Assembly (NCBI GenBank): GCA_963663165.1
Contig: OY760175.1
Location: 2,656,001-2,720,000, forward strand
Origin: an uncultured Desulfospira sp.
Lineage (GTDB): Bacteria > Desulfobacterota > Desulfobacteria > Desulfobacterales > Desulfobacteraceae
Direction of reading: 5' to 3'
DNA length: 64,000 nucleotides
A model generated the notes under the pieces. It was not told where the DNA came from. It saw nothing but the letters and a program-made list of their open reading frames with translations, and ran no database searches. The position numbers and the translations under genes were made by a program. Positions 28,857 through 38,341 of the stretch are shown one piece after another; the stretch's first letter is position 1; each line of letters opens with the position of its first letter.

Positions 28857-29561
28857 ATGAAACAGATCAAGACCATTGCCATAAAAGAATTTAAAGATTA
28901 TTTCATCTCCCCCATCGCCTATATTGTCATCGCCCTGTTCCTGGTGGTTACGGGGTGGTTTTTCTTTTCAACCTTTTTTATCTTCGGCCGGGCCGATCTT
29001 CGGGATTTTTATTCCCTGCTTCCCATCAGCTTTTCCTTTTTTATTCCGGCCATCACCATGCGGCTGTTTGCCGAAGAAAAAAATGTGGGCTCCTATGAAA
29101 CCCTTCTGACCATGCCGGTCTCCTTTACGGATATCGCCCTTGGCAAATTCTTAGCCGCCTGCCTGTTTGCCGGGGCCATGCTGGTCCCGACCCTGTCCTA
29201 TCCGTTGTTTATTTCATTTATCGGTGAGGTGGACCCGGGCCCTGTGATTGGCGGCTATATCGGTGCCATGGGCCTTGCTGCAGTTTACTGCGCCGTGGGG
29301 CTGTTTTCCTCGGCCCTGACCCGCAACCAGATCATTGCCTTTATTATCGGATGTGCCCTGTGTTTTACCCTGACCATCATTGACCGGATGCTGTTTTTCA
29401 TGCCCCCGGCGGTGGTTGACTTTGCCCAGTATATCGGGGCAAGCTCCCATTTTCTCAACATTTCCAAGGGCGTCATCGACTCAAGGGACATTATCTACTT
29501 CATCAGTGTGGCATTTATTTTTCTGTTCTCAACCCACATGATCATGCATGAAAAAAATTAA
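28857..29561 (+). CDS. ABC-2 permease (GldF-like)
   Basis: KEFKDYFISPIAY, PAITMRLFAEEK, GVIDSRDIIYF. Confidence 0.9.
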   Translation: MKQIKTIAIKEFKDYFISPIAYIVIALFLVVTGWFFFSTFFIFGRADLRDFYSLLPISFSFFIPAITMRLFAEEKNVGSYETLLTMPVSFTDIALGKFLAACLFAGAMLVPTLSYPLFISFIGEVDPGPVIGGYIGAMGLAAVYCAVGLFSSALTRNQIIAFIIGCALCFTLTIIDRMLFFMPPAVVDFAQYIGASSHFLNISKGVIDSRDIIYFISVAFIFLFSTHMIMHEKN

Positions 29562-29570
29562 GGAGACACC

Positions 29571-31760
29571 ATGGGACAGATTAAAGAACATTACATCAAA
29601 TTTATTCTTTATATAGCCGTAATTGTGCTGGTCAACCTGGCAGGCTTAACCCTGTTTTTCAGGGCCGATTTGACCAAAGCCAAAGTTTATTCGTTATCTA
29701 AGGCAAGCCAGCAGGCGGTGGCCACCCTTTCGGAACCCTTAAGCATCAAGGTGTTTTTCTCCAAAGACCTGCCGGCCCCCCACAACAACACCGAGCGGTA
29801 CCTACGCGATCTGCTTGAAGAGTATGCGGCACAGGCCGGCCGGCATTTTAACTATTCCTTTTACAATGTCTCCCCTGAAGAGGGCGGCTTGACCGACCAG
29901 ACCGATGCCAACCGGCAGATGGCCAAAGATTACGGAATTTCACCGGTCCAGATCCGGATCATGGAAAATGACGAGGTTAAATTTAAAAACGCTTACATGG
30001 GTCTGGTCATTATCCATGGGGACCTCATCGAAAAAATTGGGGCCATCACCTCCACCGACGGGCTCGAATACCAGCTCACAACGGCCATCCAAAAGCTGAA
30101 CAACAAGGTTTCGGCCATGATGAACCTGGATGAAAAGGTCAAGATCAAAATGTATCTGTCGTCTTCTTTATACCCCATTGCCCCCCTCATGAGGCTGAAT
30201 GAACTGTCGGGCCTTGGCAAAGAAGTCGAAAAGGCCATTGCCGATCTCAACACCCGGAACATGGGGGTCATTGAGTTTGAACACCTTGATTTAAATGACA
30301 AGGCCAAGCTTGAAGAAATTTCCGATAAGTACAACCTCATGGCCCTTTCCTGGCCGGCTATTCCCGAAAAGGGCATCCAGGCGGGCCAGGGCGCCGCAGG
30401 CCTGGTCCTCACCTACAAAGACAAATTTGAAAGCCTGCCCCTGATTTCTGCGGTGGAGCTTCCCATTATCGGGACCACCTACCAGATGGCGGACCCATCA
30501 GCCCTGTCCGAGGAACTGACCGGCATGATTGAGAAAATGGTGGGCATCAACAAAGACATTGGATTTTTAGCCGACCATGGCACCCAGACCTTGGGACAGG
30601 ACCGCATGGCCATGATGCAGGGTCGGCCCGGGGGAATGCAGGCCTTTAACACCCTGTTATCCTCCCGGTACGATATTAAATCCATTGCCTTAAAGGAGGA
30701 TACCATTCCCGAAGGCCTGAACTGCCTGATCATTGCCAAACCCACGGAAAAATTCACCGATTACGAGCTGTTCCAGATTGACCAGGCATTGATGCGGGGC
30801 ACCAACATTGCCTTTTTCGGGGACGCCTTTAATGAGATCATGTCCCGGGGCGGCATGGGCATGCCCCAGTACCTGCCCATTGACACCGGCCTTGAAAAAC
30901 TGCTCAACCATTACGGCATCAACATCAAACAGGCCTATGTCATGGATAAAAGCGCCTATAAACACCAGGTGGCCCCCAGCCAGGGCGGCGGGGAGCAGGT
31001 CATCTACTTTGCCCCCATGCTCAAGGAAAAAAGCATCAACACAGAACCTGAGTTCATGAACAACATCAAGGGTCTTGTGGCCATGCAGATCTCCCCGGTA
31101 GAGCTGCTCGAAGACAAGATCGACAAGTCCAAGGTGACGGCCACCCGGCTTTTGTCCACTTCGGATGAGGCCTGGCTTATGGAAGGGATGATCAACTTCA
31201 ACCCCATGTACATCTCCCCTCCCGCATCCAAGGACGATTTTGCCACCTATGATCTGGCCTACATCCTGGAAGGCACCTTTACCAGCTACTTTAAGGACAA
31301 GCCCATCCCGGAAAAAACCACGGGACAGGCCGATATAACGAATGAGGATACGGCAGAAGGCGACTCCGCAGAGCAGCCTGCCGGACCGGAAAATCAGCCC
31401 CCCCAGACCAAGGACCTTAAGGCCGAGAACCGGATGCTCACCACATCAAGACCGGCCAAGATATTTGTCCTGGGCTGTTCACAAATGCTCCAGGACAACA
31501 TGCTCGATACCGAAGGCCGGACCACCAACGCGACCTTTATTCTCAATGCCATAGACCATCTCAACGGCCAGGATGACATTGCTGTAATGAGAAGCAAGCA
31601 GCAGACCCTAAATCCCATTGCCCAGACCACCCCCTTTGACCGGGGGCTGATCAAGGGATTTAACATTGCGGTCCTGCCCATTCTGGTGATCCTGTTCGGT
31701 TTAGGCGTTCTGGTGGCAAGGAACACTAAGAAAAAGAGAATCGCAGCCATGTTTAATTAA
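29571..31760 (+). CDS. GldG-like ABC auxiliary membrane protein
   Basis: RADLTKAKVYSLS, LEYQLTTAIQKL, N- and C-terminal TM helices. Confidence 0.88.
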   Translation: MGQIKEHYIKFILYIAVIVLVNLAGLTLFFRADLTKAKVYSLSKASQQAVATLSEPLSIKVFFSKDLPAPHNNTERYLRDLLEEYAAQAGRHFNYSFYNVSPEEGGLTDQTDANRQMAKDYGISPVQIRIMENDEVKFKNAYMGLVIIHGDLIEKIGAITSTDGLEYQLTTAIQKLNNKVSAMMNLDEKVKIKMYLSSSLYPIAPLMRLNELSGLGKEVEKAIADLNTRNMGVIEFEHLDLNDKAKLEEISDKYNLMALSWPAIPEKGIQAGQGAAGLVLTYKDKFESLPLISAVELPIIGTTYQMADPSALSEELTGMIEKMVGINKDIGFLADHGTQTLGQDRMAMMQGRPGGMQAFNTLLSSRYDIKSIALKEDTIPEGLNCLIIAKPTEKFTDYELFQIDQALMRGTNIAFFGDAFNEIMSRGGMGMPQYLPIDTGLEKLLNHYGINIKQAYVMDKSAYKHQVAPSQGGGEQVIYFAPMLKEKSINTEPEFMNNIKGLVAMQISPVELLEDKIDKSKVTATRLLSTSDEAWLMEGMINFNPMYISPPASKDDFATYDLAYILEGTFTSYFKDKPIPEKTTGQADITNEDTAEGDSAEQPAGPENQPPQTKDLKAENRMLTTSRPAKIFVLGCSQMLQDNMLDTEGRTTNATFILNAIDHLNGQDDIAVMRSKQQTLNPIAQTTPFDRGLIKGFNIAVLPILVILFGLGVLVARNTKKKRIAAMFN

Positions 31761-31908
31761 CGGCCAAAGGCGGACCGATTTGGTTATCCGGCCAAAAAGA
31801 ACCGCCCACAACGAATATTGAACGATCAGGACATGGGATATGGGACCTGGGACTTGCGGGAAAAAACCGCAGGCTCACCCCAAGTCCCAGATCCCATATC
31901 CCATGTCC
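31759..31908. repeat. ~60-bp repeat (copy 1) followed by heptamer-repeat hairpin
   Basis: AACGGCCA..TTGGTTATCC..CCGCCCACAACGAATATTGAA; arms 31829-31856 and 31881-31908 pair 27/28. Confidence 0.85.
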
Positions 31909-31924
31909 CCAAAAAAAGGAACTG

Positions 31925-32914
31925 ATGATGAAAAAAGAATATATCATACTCGGGGCACTCATCCTCGGGTTGAGCCTCTACCTTGGCCTGAAAAAAAATG
32001 ATCAGACCCATTACACGCTTCCGGAAATAAAAAAAGTGGATACCACCCAGGTGGACCGGCTCACGGTCCAGAAGGGGGACGAAAAAATTGAATTTAAAAA
32101 GACCGGCGACGGCTGGACCGTGGGAGATGAACACTTCCCGGCTGACAAACCGGCCGTGGATGACATGCTCACCGTAATCCAGAACCTGAAGCTGTCCACC
32201 CTGGTATCTGAAAAGGATGACCGGATCCGGTATGAACTGGACAAGGAGAACGCCCTTGATGTAAAGGCGTTTAAGGGGGACACCCTGTTGATGACCTTTA
32301 AAATCGGCAAGCCCGCCCCGAGTTACAACCATACCTTCGTCATGATTGAAAACAACGACGCCATCTTTCATGCGGTCAACAGTTTCAGGTCCGACTTTGA
32401 CAAAACCATGGACGAATTCAGGGACAAAGCCGTTTTAAAGTTTGACAAAGATTCCATCCAAAAAATCACCCTGGAAAAGGCGGGGAAAACCCTGACCCTG
32501 ACCTGCCCGGAACCTGCCGACGATCAAAAAGAAGAAACCAAAGAAGGCGCAAAGGCCGTCTGGCAGGCCAATGACGGATCTACCCCGGACAAAGAGGCCA
32601 TCGAAAGCCTGCTGGACACCCTGTCCTCTCTGGTCTGTGACACCTACCCCGGCGGGAAAAATGCCGATCCGGCAGACAAAACCCCTGATTGTAAAATTAT
32701 CCTTGAAAATAATGAAAAAATGGTCTTAAACCTGTATGTGGACGGGGAAAAGACATCCGGAACTTCCTCCATGAATGACTATCTGTTTGAGCTGCAATCG
32801 TATACGGCAAATAATATTGCCGAAAATACGGACAAACTGCTTGGAATTGAAAAAGAAGCTGAGAATATGGAACAACAGCCCGGCCCGCCACTGCCGGCTC
32901 CGGAAAATGAATAA
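31925..32914 (+). CDS. DUF4340-like membrane-anchored protein
   Basis: N-terminal TM; W..HFPADKPAVDDML; fourth gene of Gld-like operon. Confidence 0.8.
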   Translation: MMKKEYIILGALILGLSLYLGLKKNDQTHYTLPEIKKVDTTQVDRLTVQKGDEKIEFKKTGDGWTVGDEHFPADKPAVDDMLTVIQNLKLSTLVSEKDDRIRYELDKENALDVKAFKGDTLLMTFKIGKPAPSYNHTFVMIENNDAIFHAVNSFRSDFDKTMDEFRDKAVLKFDKDSIQKITLEKAGKTLTLTCPEPADDQKEETKEGAKAVWQANDGSTPDKEAIESLLDTLSSLVCDTYPGGKNADPADKTPDCKIILENNEKMVLNLYVDGEKTSGTSSMNDYLFELQSYTANNIAENTDKLLGIEKEAENMEQQPGPPLPAPENE

Positions 32915-33629
32915 ATTTTTAAAACTGTTATATCAGCCCTATAAATGGCTTGTGGTGGTCCCTGTTGCGTTTGTCTCCACCATGGGCATCGGGATGATAT
33001 GCTTTTTTGTCAGCCTGATCTTCGGCCAGGATGCCGCTGACATCCCGGCCGTGATCTGGGCCAGAATCTGCTGTGCCGTAGTCCCCATCAAGGTCAACCT
33101 GAAAGGCAAAGAACGGTACAGCAGAACATCGGCCTACGTGGTGGTGGCCAACCACCAGAGCATTGCCGATATCCCCGTGATTCACAGTGCCATCGGCCTT
33201 AAAATAAAATGGATCATGAAAAAGGAACTGGACCATATCCCGTTGTTCAGTGTGTCCTGCCACAAGTTGGGCTGCATTTTCATTGACCGGTCCGACCGGC
33301 AGGCCGCCATCGACTCCATCCATAAAGCCAAAGCCACCCTATCCCCCAACAGTTCGGTATTTTTCTTTGCCGAAGGGACCCGGAGCAAAGACGGAAAATT
33401 AAGACCCTTTAAAAAGGGGGCGTTCATTTTTGCCATGGAAACCGGGATTCCCCTGCTGCCGGTAACCATTAAAAACTCCTACCGTGTCCTGCCATCAGAC
33501 ACCCTTGACCTGGTTCCCGGAATTGTTGATGTGGAAGTTCACGCCCCGGTCCACATAGGCGAATCCGATAAGAAACATCTGGATAAGATTGTTGAACAGG
33601 TCCGAACCACCATTGCGTCAGGGCTGTAA
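32907..33629 (+). CDS. plsC: 1-acyl-sn-glycerol-3-phosphate acyltransferase
   Basis: NHQSIAD, FIDR, FAEGTRS, PFKKGAF; start 32907. Confidence 0.9.
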   Translation: MNKFLKLLYQPYKWLVVVPVAFVSTMGIGMICFFVSLIFGQDAADIPAVIWARICCAVVPIKVNLKGKERYSRTSAYVVVANHQSIADIPVIHSAIGLKIKWIMKKELDHIPLFSVSCHKLGCIFIDRSDRQAAIDSIHKAKATLSPNSSVFFFAEGTRSKDGKLRPFKKGAFIFAMETGIPLLPVTIKNSYRVLPSDTLDLVPGIVDVEVHAPVHIGESDKKHLDKIVEQVRTTIASGL

Positions 33630-33711
33630 CATCATATTTTTCTTGTCTTTTTTCTTTTTTTCCGTCATTATTTAAGGCACATGCTTTGAAATCTGTCATC
33701 TAACTCGGATA

Positions 33712-33915
33712 AACGGCCATGGGCCGCCTTGGTTATCCAACCAAGAACCGCCCACAACGAATAATGAAACTGAAGATACCAGCAACGGTAGACTATAAAT
33801 TGGGCACCGCAGGTGCTTCGCCCTCTTGTCTCTTGTTTCTTGTCTCCAGTTTCTTATAACGGCCACGGGCCGCCTTGGTTATCCAACCAAGTATCGCCCA
33901 CAACGAATAATGAAA
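33712..33915. repeat. Two 58-bp direct repeats enclosing a heptamer-rich spacer
   Basis: 33712-33769 and 33858-33915 match 55/58. Confidence 0.88.
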
Positions 33916-34036
33916 GTCTTATCACGCTGTTAGTGAGACTTTCATATAAAATTCATACGGAAGACGGCCCGGGGAATCCGGGAAATTTAATTCAATTTCA
34001 ATTCAGTGAACGATTTAACGACCAAGAGGCGATAAA

Positions 34037-34435
34037 ATGGATGCCAATTCACCTGCCCGCCCACGGGTTCTTGTCATGGATGACGAAAAATCAATCCGTG
34101 ATATCACCGGGGCCATGCTCACCAAATTCGGATGTGACGTCACCCTTAGCGAAGAAGGAGAAGAGGCCGTCAGTTATTACCGGCAGGCCCATGAACTGGG
34201 AAGCCCGTTTACCCTGGTCCTCCTGGACCTGACCATCCCGGGGGGAATGAGCGGCAAAGAGGCCTCTGAGAAAATCCTTGCCCTGGACCCGGAAGCCTGT
34301 ATTGTTGTATCTTCGGGCGATTCGGGCGATCCTTTTGTAGAAGAGTATACATCCCACGGGATTAAAATGCTTCTGCCCAAGCCGTTTCGGGCACCCCAGT
34401 TAAAACAGATGCTTGATGACCTGATTGACACTTAA
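34037..34435 (+). CDS. Single-domain response regulator
   Basis: VLVMDDE, LLDLTIPGGMSG, VSSG, PKPF. Confidence 0.9.
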   Translation: MDANSPARPRVLVMDDEKSIRDITGAMLTKFGCDVTLSEEGEEAVSYYRQAHELGSPFTLVLLDLTIPGGMSGKEASEKILALDPEACIVVSSGDSGDPFVEEYTSHGIKMLLPKPFRAPQLKQMLDDLIDT

Positions 34436-34572
34436 AATACCCTCATCCACTTTGCTCCCCAATTCTGCCCGCCGTTTGTGAAAAATCCAATTTTCATTGG
34501 GAATAATCCCCTATTTAAACCAGATATGCTGTTCTAAAAAAACCAAATCCCCAACGGGTTTCTCTGCCATAA

Positions 34573-34666
34573 ATTGTGGACAGTGTGGACTTAGTGGCCC
34601 ATGTGGACCTGGTGCCGGAAATCCGAAACCAGCCACAGGGTCCACTGTTGTCCACTATGCCCACAA
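34573..34666. repeat. Hairpin built from 9-10-nt GTGGAC/GTCCAC repeats
   Basis: GTGGAC-AGT-GTGGAC-TTA-GTGGCC-CAT-GTGGAC facing CCAC..GTCCAC..GTCCAC..GCCCAC. Confidence 0.75.
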
Positions 34667-34864
34667 AAACCCCTTTCCTTAAAACCGCCCGGCGTATTCC
34701 CACACCCCTGCCCATGCTTCTTGCTTCTTGCACCTTGCTCCACTTTACTCCCCCCGGGGAAACCCGCCTAATCTCGGCCGTCTCACCGTTAGTTTTTGAT
34801 TTTTTTTATAAAAAAGCCCATTTTTCTCTTGACTTACCCTTCTTTTTTTACAAAACTGTGTTGC

Positions 34865-34892
34865 AAGGTGGTGGAAAGTGGATCAAAGTGTT
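34865..34892 (+). promoter_or_regulatory. Putative MraZ operator at the dcw promoter
   Basis: AAGGTGGTGG AAAGTGGATC AAAGTG with 10-bp period; TTGACT at 34829. Confidence 0.7.
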
Positions 34893-34913
34893 TTCACGAG
34901 GATGTGAATTAAA

Positions 34914-35354
34914 GTGTTTCGGTCTAGTTCCTTTCATACAATAGACCCCAAAGGCAGAATCATCATCCCGGCACGGTTCAGAGATGTGCTAAAGGAGGAA
35001 GAAAAGTACGGGGTTGTAGTCTCCATAAAGGGGAATTGCCTTTTTGCCTACACGCACAGCGAGTGGAAGAATCTTGAAAAAAAGATTCTGGCAACCAAGA
35101 GCGCTACCATAGAAATGTTCAAACGGCATTTTTTAGGCCGCGCCTGCCCCCTGACATGTGACAAACAGGACAGGATCCTTATTCCGCCGGATTTAAGAGA
35201 AGATGCGGGACTTCAAAAGGATATTGTCCTGGTTGGGCTGTTAGACCGGTTTGAGATCTGGTCCAGGGAAAGATGGGACCAGGAAAAACTGACCATGGAT
35301 AAGGAACTTGAAAAACCGGAAGTAAAAGAGGAAATCGCTTCTCTAGGGCTTTAA
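34914..35354 (+). CDS. mraZ: MraZ transcriptional repressor
   Basis: IDPKGRIIIPARFR, DKQDRILIP, RFEIWS. Confidence 0.95.
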   Translation: MFRSSSFHTIDPKGRIIIPARFRDVLKEEEKYGVVVSIKGNCLFAYTHSEWKNLEKKILATKSATIEMFKRHFLGRACPLTCDKQDRILIPPDLREDAGLQKDIVLVGLLDRFEIWSRERWDQEKLTMDKELEKPEVKEEIASLGL

Positions 35355-35357
35355 AAA

Positions 35358-36296
35358 ATGGGATTTGAGCATCGGTCCGTCATGCCCGATCAGGTGCATG
35401 AACATCAAAACCTGACGCCCGGAAGCATCTGTGTAGACTGCACGCTTGGGGGCGCCGGACACGCCCTTGCAACCGTTAAGGCCATACTGCCGGACGGTCT
35501 GCTCATTGGCATTGATCAAGACAAAGATGCCATTGCCCATGCAAAGAAGATACTGAATCCCTTCCAAAAAAACATAAAGCTGTTCCACCATAATTTCAGC
35601 GATCTGCCGCAGATTCTGGCATCCAACGGGATTGACGGTGTCAACGCTATTCTCCTGGATCTCGGGTTCTCCCTCAACCAGATCCGAAACAGCAGGCGAG
35701 GGTTTAGTTTTAACTTAGATGAACCATTGGACATGAGGATGGATACCCGGAACCCCATGACGGCACAAACCATCATAAACACCTGGTCTGAAAAAGAATT
35801 ATCCCAGATTTTTTTTAAATTTGGTGAAGAAAAATTTTCAGGCCGGATTGCCCGGGCCATTGTCCGGGAAAGGGACAGCCGCCCCATAACGGGCAGCGGC
35901 GCCCTTGCCGGCATCATTGCCGCAGCCGTGCCCCAATCCGTTAAGGCAAAATCCAAAATCCATCCGGCCACAAAGGTATTTCAGGCCTTAAGAATAGCCG
36001 TGAACCGGGAATTGGAAGTCCTGCAAGACTTTATGCAGGCGGTCCCCGACATGCTGGTTAAAGGGGGCCGGCTCTGCGTGATCTCGTTTCATTCCCTTGA
36101 GGACCGGATTGTCAAACAGGCCATACGGCAGTTTGAATCCGGCTGCACCTGCCCCAAAGACCTGCCCTATTGCGCCTGCGGGTTTGTGCCGAAGATGAGA
36201 TCTGTTTTTAGAAAGCCCCTTTTCCCCACACCAGAGGAAATTGAGGCCAACCCCATGGCCAGAAGTTCCCGGCTGCGGGTAGCTGAAAGGATTTAA
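35358..36296 (+). CDS. rsmH: 16S rRNA m4C1402 methyltransferase
   Basis: DCTLGGAGH, LDMRMD, FQALRIAVN, SFHSLEDR. Confidence 0.96.
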   Translation: MGFEHRSVMPDQVHEHQNLTPGSICVDCTLGGAGHALATVKAILPDGLLIGIDQDKDAIAHAKKILNPFQKNIKLFHHNFSDLPQILASNGIDGVNAILLDLGFSLNQIRNSRRGFSFNLDEPLDMRMDTRNPMTAQTIINTWSEKELSQIFFKFGEEKFSGRIARAIVRERDSRPITGSGALAGIIAAAVPQSVKAKSKIHPATKVFQALRIAVNRELEVLQDFMQAVPDMLVKGGRLCVISFHSLEDRIVKQAIRQFESGCTCPKDLPYCACGFVPKMRSVFRKPLFPTPEEIEANPMARSSRLRVAERI

Positions 36297-36302
36297 AGTA
36301 TC

Positions 36303-36608
36303 ATGAATGCAAGAAAAGAGCCGGTTAAATCCCAAAAATACGGATACTGGTGGCTGGCCGTCATCATTGTCCTGGTGGCCCAACTCATGGTCCATGCCTG
36401 GATCCGGACCGAATCCACCCAGACCATTGTGGATATTTCTAAAACCCAGACCATACTCAGGGAAAAACAGTCCCGGACCAATACCCTGACCCTTGAACGG
36501 GACCACCTCAAATCCGATGCAAGGATCACGGCCATTGCCAAGGCCAACCTCGGCCTGATCCAGGATATTTTCAACCGGACCGTTTACCTTGAAGGAAAAA
36601 TCCGCTGA
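36303..36608 (+). CDS. ftsL: Cell division protein FtsL
   Basis: Single TM plus coiled coil, between rsmH and ftsI. Confidence 0.75.
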   Translation: MNARKEPVKSQKYGYWWLAVIIVLVAQLMVHAWIRTESTQTIVDISKTQTILREKQSRTNTLTLERDHLKSDARITAIAKANLGLIQDIFNRTVYLEGKIR

Positions 36609-38341
36609 TGTCTGATACGCCCCAAAAATCCGTAGGCCCCCGGATGATTGTCATCCAGATCCTGTTGCTGGGATGCCTGTGTCTGCTTGGGGCCAGATCT
36701 TTTGAGGTCCAGATCTTTCAAGGCTCGGACCTGGCCCGGCGGGCCCAGAACAACTATTTGAAATACCGGACCATCCAGGGGGAGCGGGGCCAGATCCTGG
36801 ACAGAAATGAACATAAGCTTGCGGCCAGCATTGATTCTTTAACCATTACGGCAGACCCGTCCCAGATCAAAAAACCCGAGCAGGCCGCCCAATGCCTTGC
36901 CCAGATACTGAAGATGGATCCCAAGCCTCTGGTGGTCCGCCTGGCCACCACCCGGCGGTTTACCGTTGTGGCCCGGGATGTGTCTCCGGAACTGGCCGAA
37001 AAAGTCCGGCAGGAAAACCTGGTGGGCATTTACTATCAAAACGATTTTAAACGGGTCTATCCCAATATGAGCCTGGCATCCCAGGTCCTCGGGTTTACAG
37101 GAAAGCAGGATGCCGGCCTCGAAGGCCTTGAATTTAAATACAATGCCGTTTTAACCGGCAGCAGCGCAAAGATCAATTTTAAAGAAGACGGGGCCGGCCG
37201 GCTCCTGGATCTGGACAAGCGGCAAAAGGAGGAGCTAAAGGGCAATTCCCTAGTCCTGACCCTGGATAAAAAAATCCAGTTCTTTGCGGAAAAAGCCCTG
37301 GAGGATACAGTTACCCGGAACCGGGCCCGGTCCGGCATGGCCCTGGTCATGAGGCCGGATACCGGGGAACTTCTGGCCATTGCCCATTTTCCCAAGTTTG
37401 ACCCCAATAATTTCGGGGATTACCCCCTGGAAACCTACCGGAACCGGGCCGTCACCGACCCCTTTGAACCAGGATCGGCCATGAAGGTCTTTACCGCCGC
37501 CGCAGCCCTTGAGAACGGTTTTTTTCCCGAGTCCATCTTTGACTGCGAAAACGGCAACTACAAAATCGGCAGATACACGGTCCATGACACCCATCCCCAT
37601 GAATGGCTGTCCATCAGCAAGATCATCCAGTTTTCTTCCAATATCGGGGCCGCCAAGATATCTGAAACCATCGGGAAAGAAGCGCTTTACAAATATCTGA
37701 CTGGATTTGGGTTCGGGGACCGCAGCAACGTGGGCTGTCCCGGTGAAACCCCGGGCACCCTGCCCCAATGCCAGGAATGGTCAAAAATAGACACCGGTGC
37801 CATCTCCTTTGGCCAGGGCATTTCCGTTTCAGCAGTCCAGCTCATTGCCGGGATCAGTGCCATTGCCAACCACGGCCTTTTGATGAAGCCCATGCTCATC
37901 AAAAAAATCACCTCCCACACGGGCAAGGATATCCAGGTCTTTGACAAGACCCCCATCCGGCAGGTCATTTCAGAAGAAACCGCGGACAAGATCAAAACCA
38001 TGATGAACCTGGTGGTGGAAGAAGAAGGAACCGGAAGCAAGGCGGCCATCCCGGGATATCCCGTGTGCGGAAAAACCGGCACGGCCCAGAAGGCCCGGAA
38101 AACCGGACAGGGATACGCCAAAGATAAATACATTTCCGTATTTGCCGGGTTTGCCCCCCAACAGCAGCCCCGGCTGGCCACCGTGGTGGTGGTGGATGAG
38201 CCGACGGTTAAATATTACGGGGGGGAAGTGGCGGCCCCGGCGTTTAAGGAAATCATGGCCCAGGCCTTCAGTTACCTGAATATCCCGCCGGAACAGGAAA
38301 TCCCCATGGTGGCCGGCCTGCCCAAAGGAGACCAGCCATGA
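36608..38341 (+). CDS. ftsI: Penicillin-binding protein 3
   Basis: RGQILDRN, EPGSAMK, SSN, KTGTAQ. Confidence 0.94.
   Translation: MSDTPQKSVGPRMIVIQILLLGCLCLLGARSFEVQIFQGSDLARRAQNNYLKYRTIQGERGQILDRNEHKLAASIDSLTITADPSQIKKPEQAAQCLAQILKMDPKPLVVRLATTRRFTVVARDVSPELAEKVRQENLVGIYYQNDFKRVYPNMSLASQVLGFTGKQDAGLEGLEFKYNAVLTGSSAKINFKEDGAGRLLDLDKRQKEELKGNSLVLTLDKKIQFFAEKALEDTVTRNRARSGMALVMRPDTGELLAIAHFPKFDPNNFGDYPLETYRNRAVTDPFEPGSAMKVFTAAAALENGFFPESIFDCENGNYKIGRYTVHDTHPHEWLSISKIIQFSSNIGAAKISETIGKEALYKYLTGFGFGDRSNVGCPGETPGTLPQCQEWSKIDTGAISFGQGISVSAVQLIAGISAIANHGLLMKPMLIKKITSHTGKDIQVFDKTPIRQVISEETADKIKTMMNLVVEEEGTGSKAAIPGYPVCGKTGTAQKARKTGQGYAKDKYISVFAGFAPQQQPRLATVVVVDEPTVKYYGGEVAAPAFKEIMAQAFSYLNIPPEQEIPMVAGLPKGDQP

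Noticed and set aside
27908..31760. Gliding motility function
   Set aside because: GldAFG-like ABC systems are widespread; no other gliding genes here
33712..33915. 58-bp direct repeats as a mini CRISPR array
   Set aside because: Repeat too long, only two adjacent copies, 88-bp spacer is itself repetitive, no cas genes
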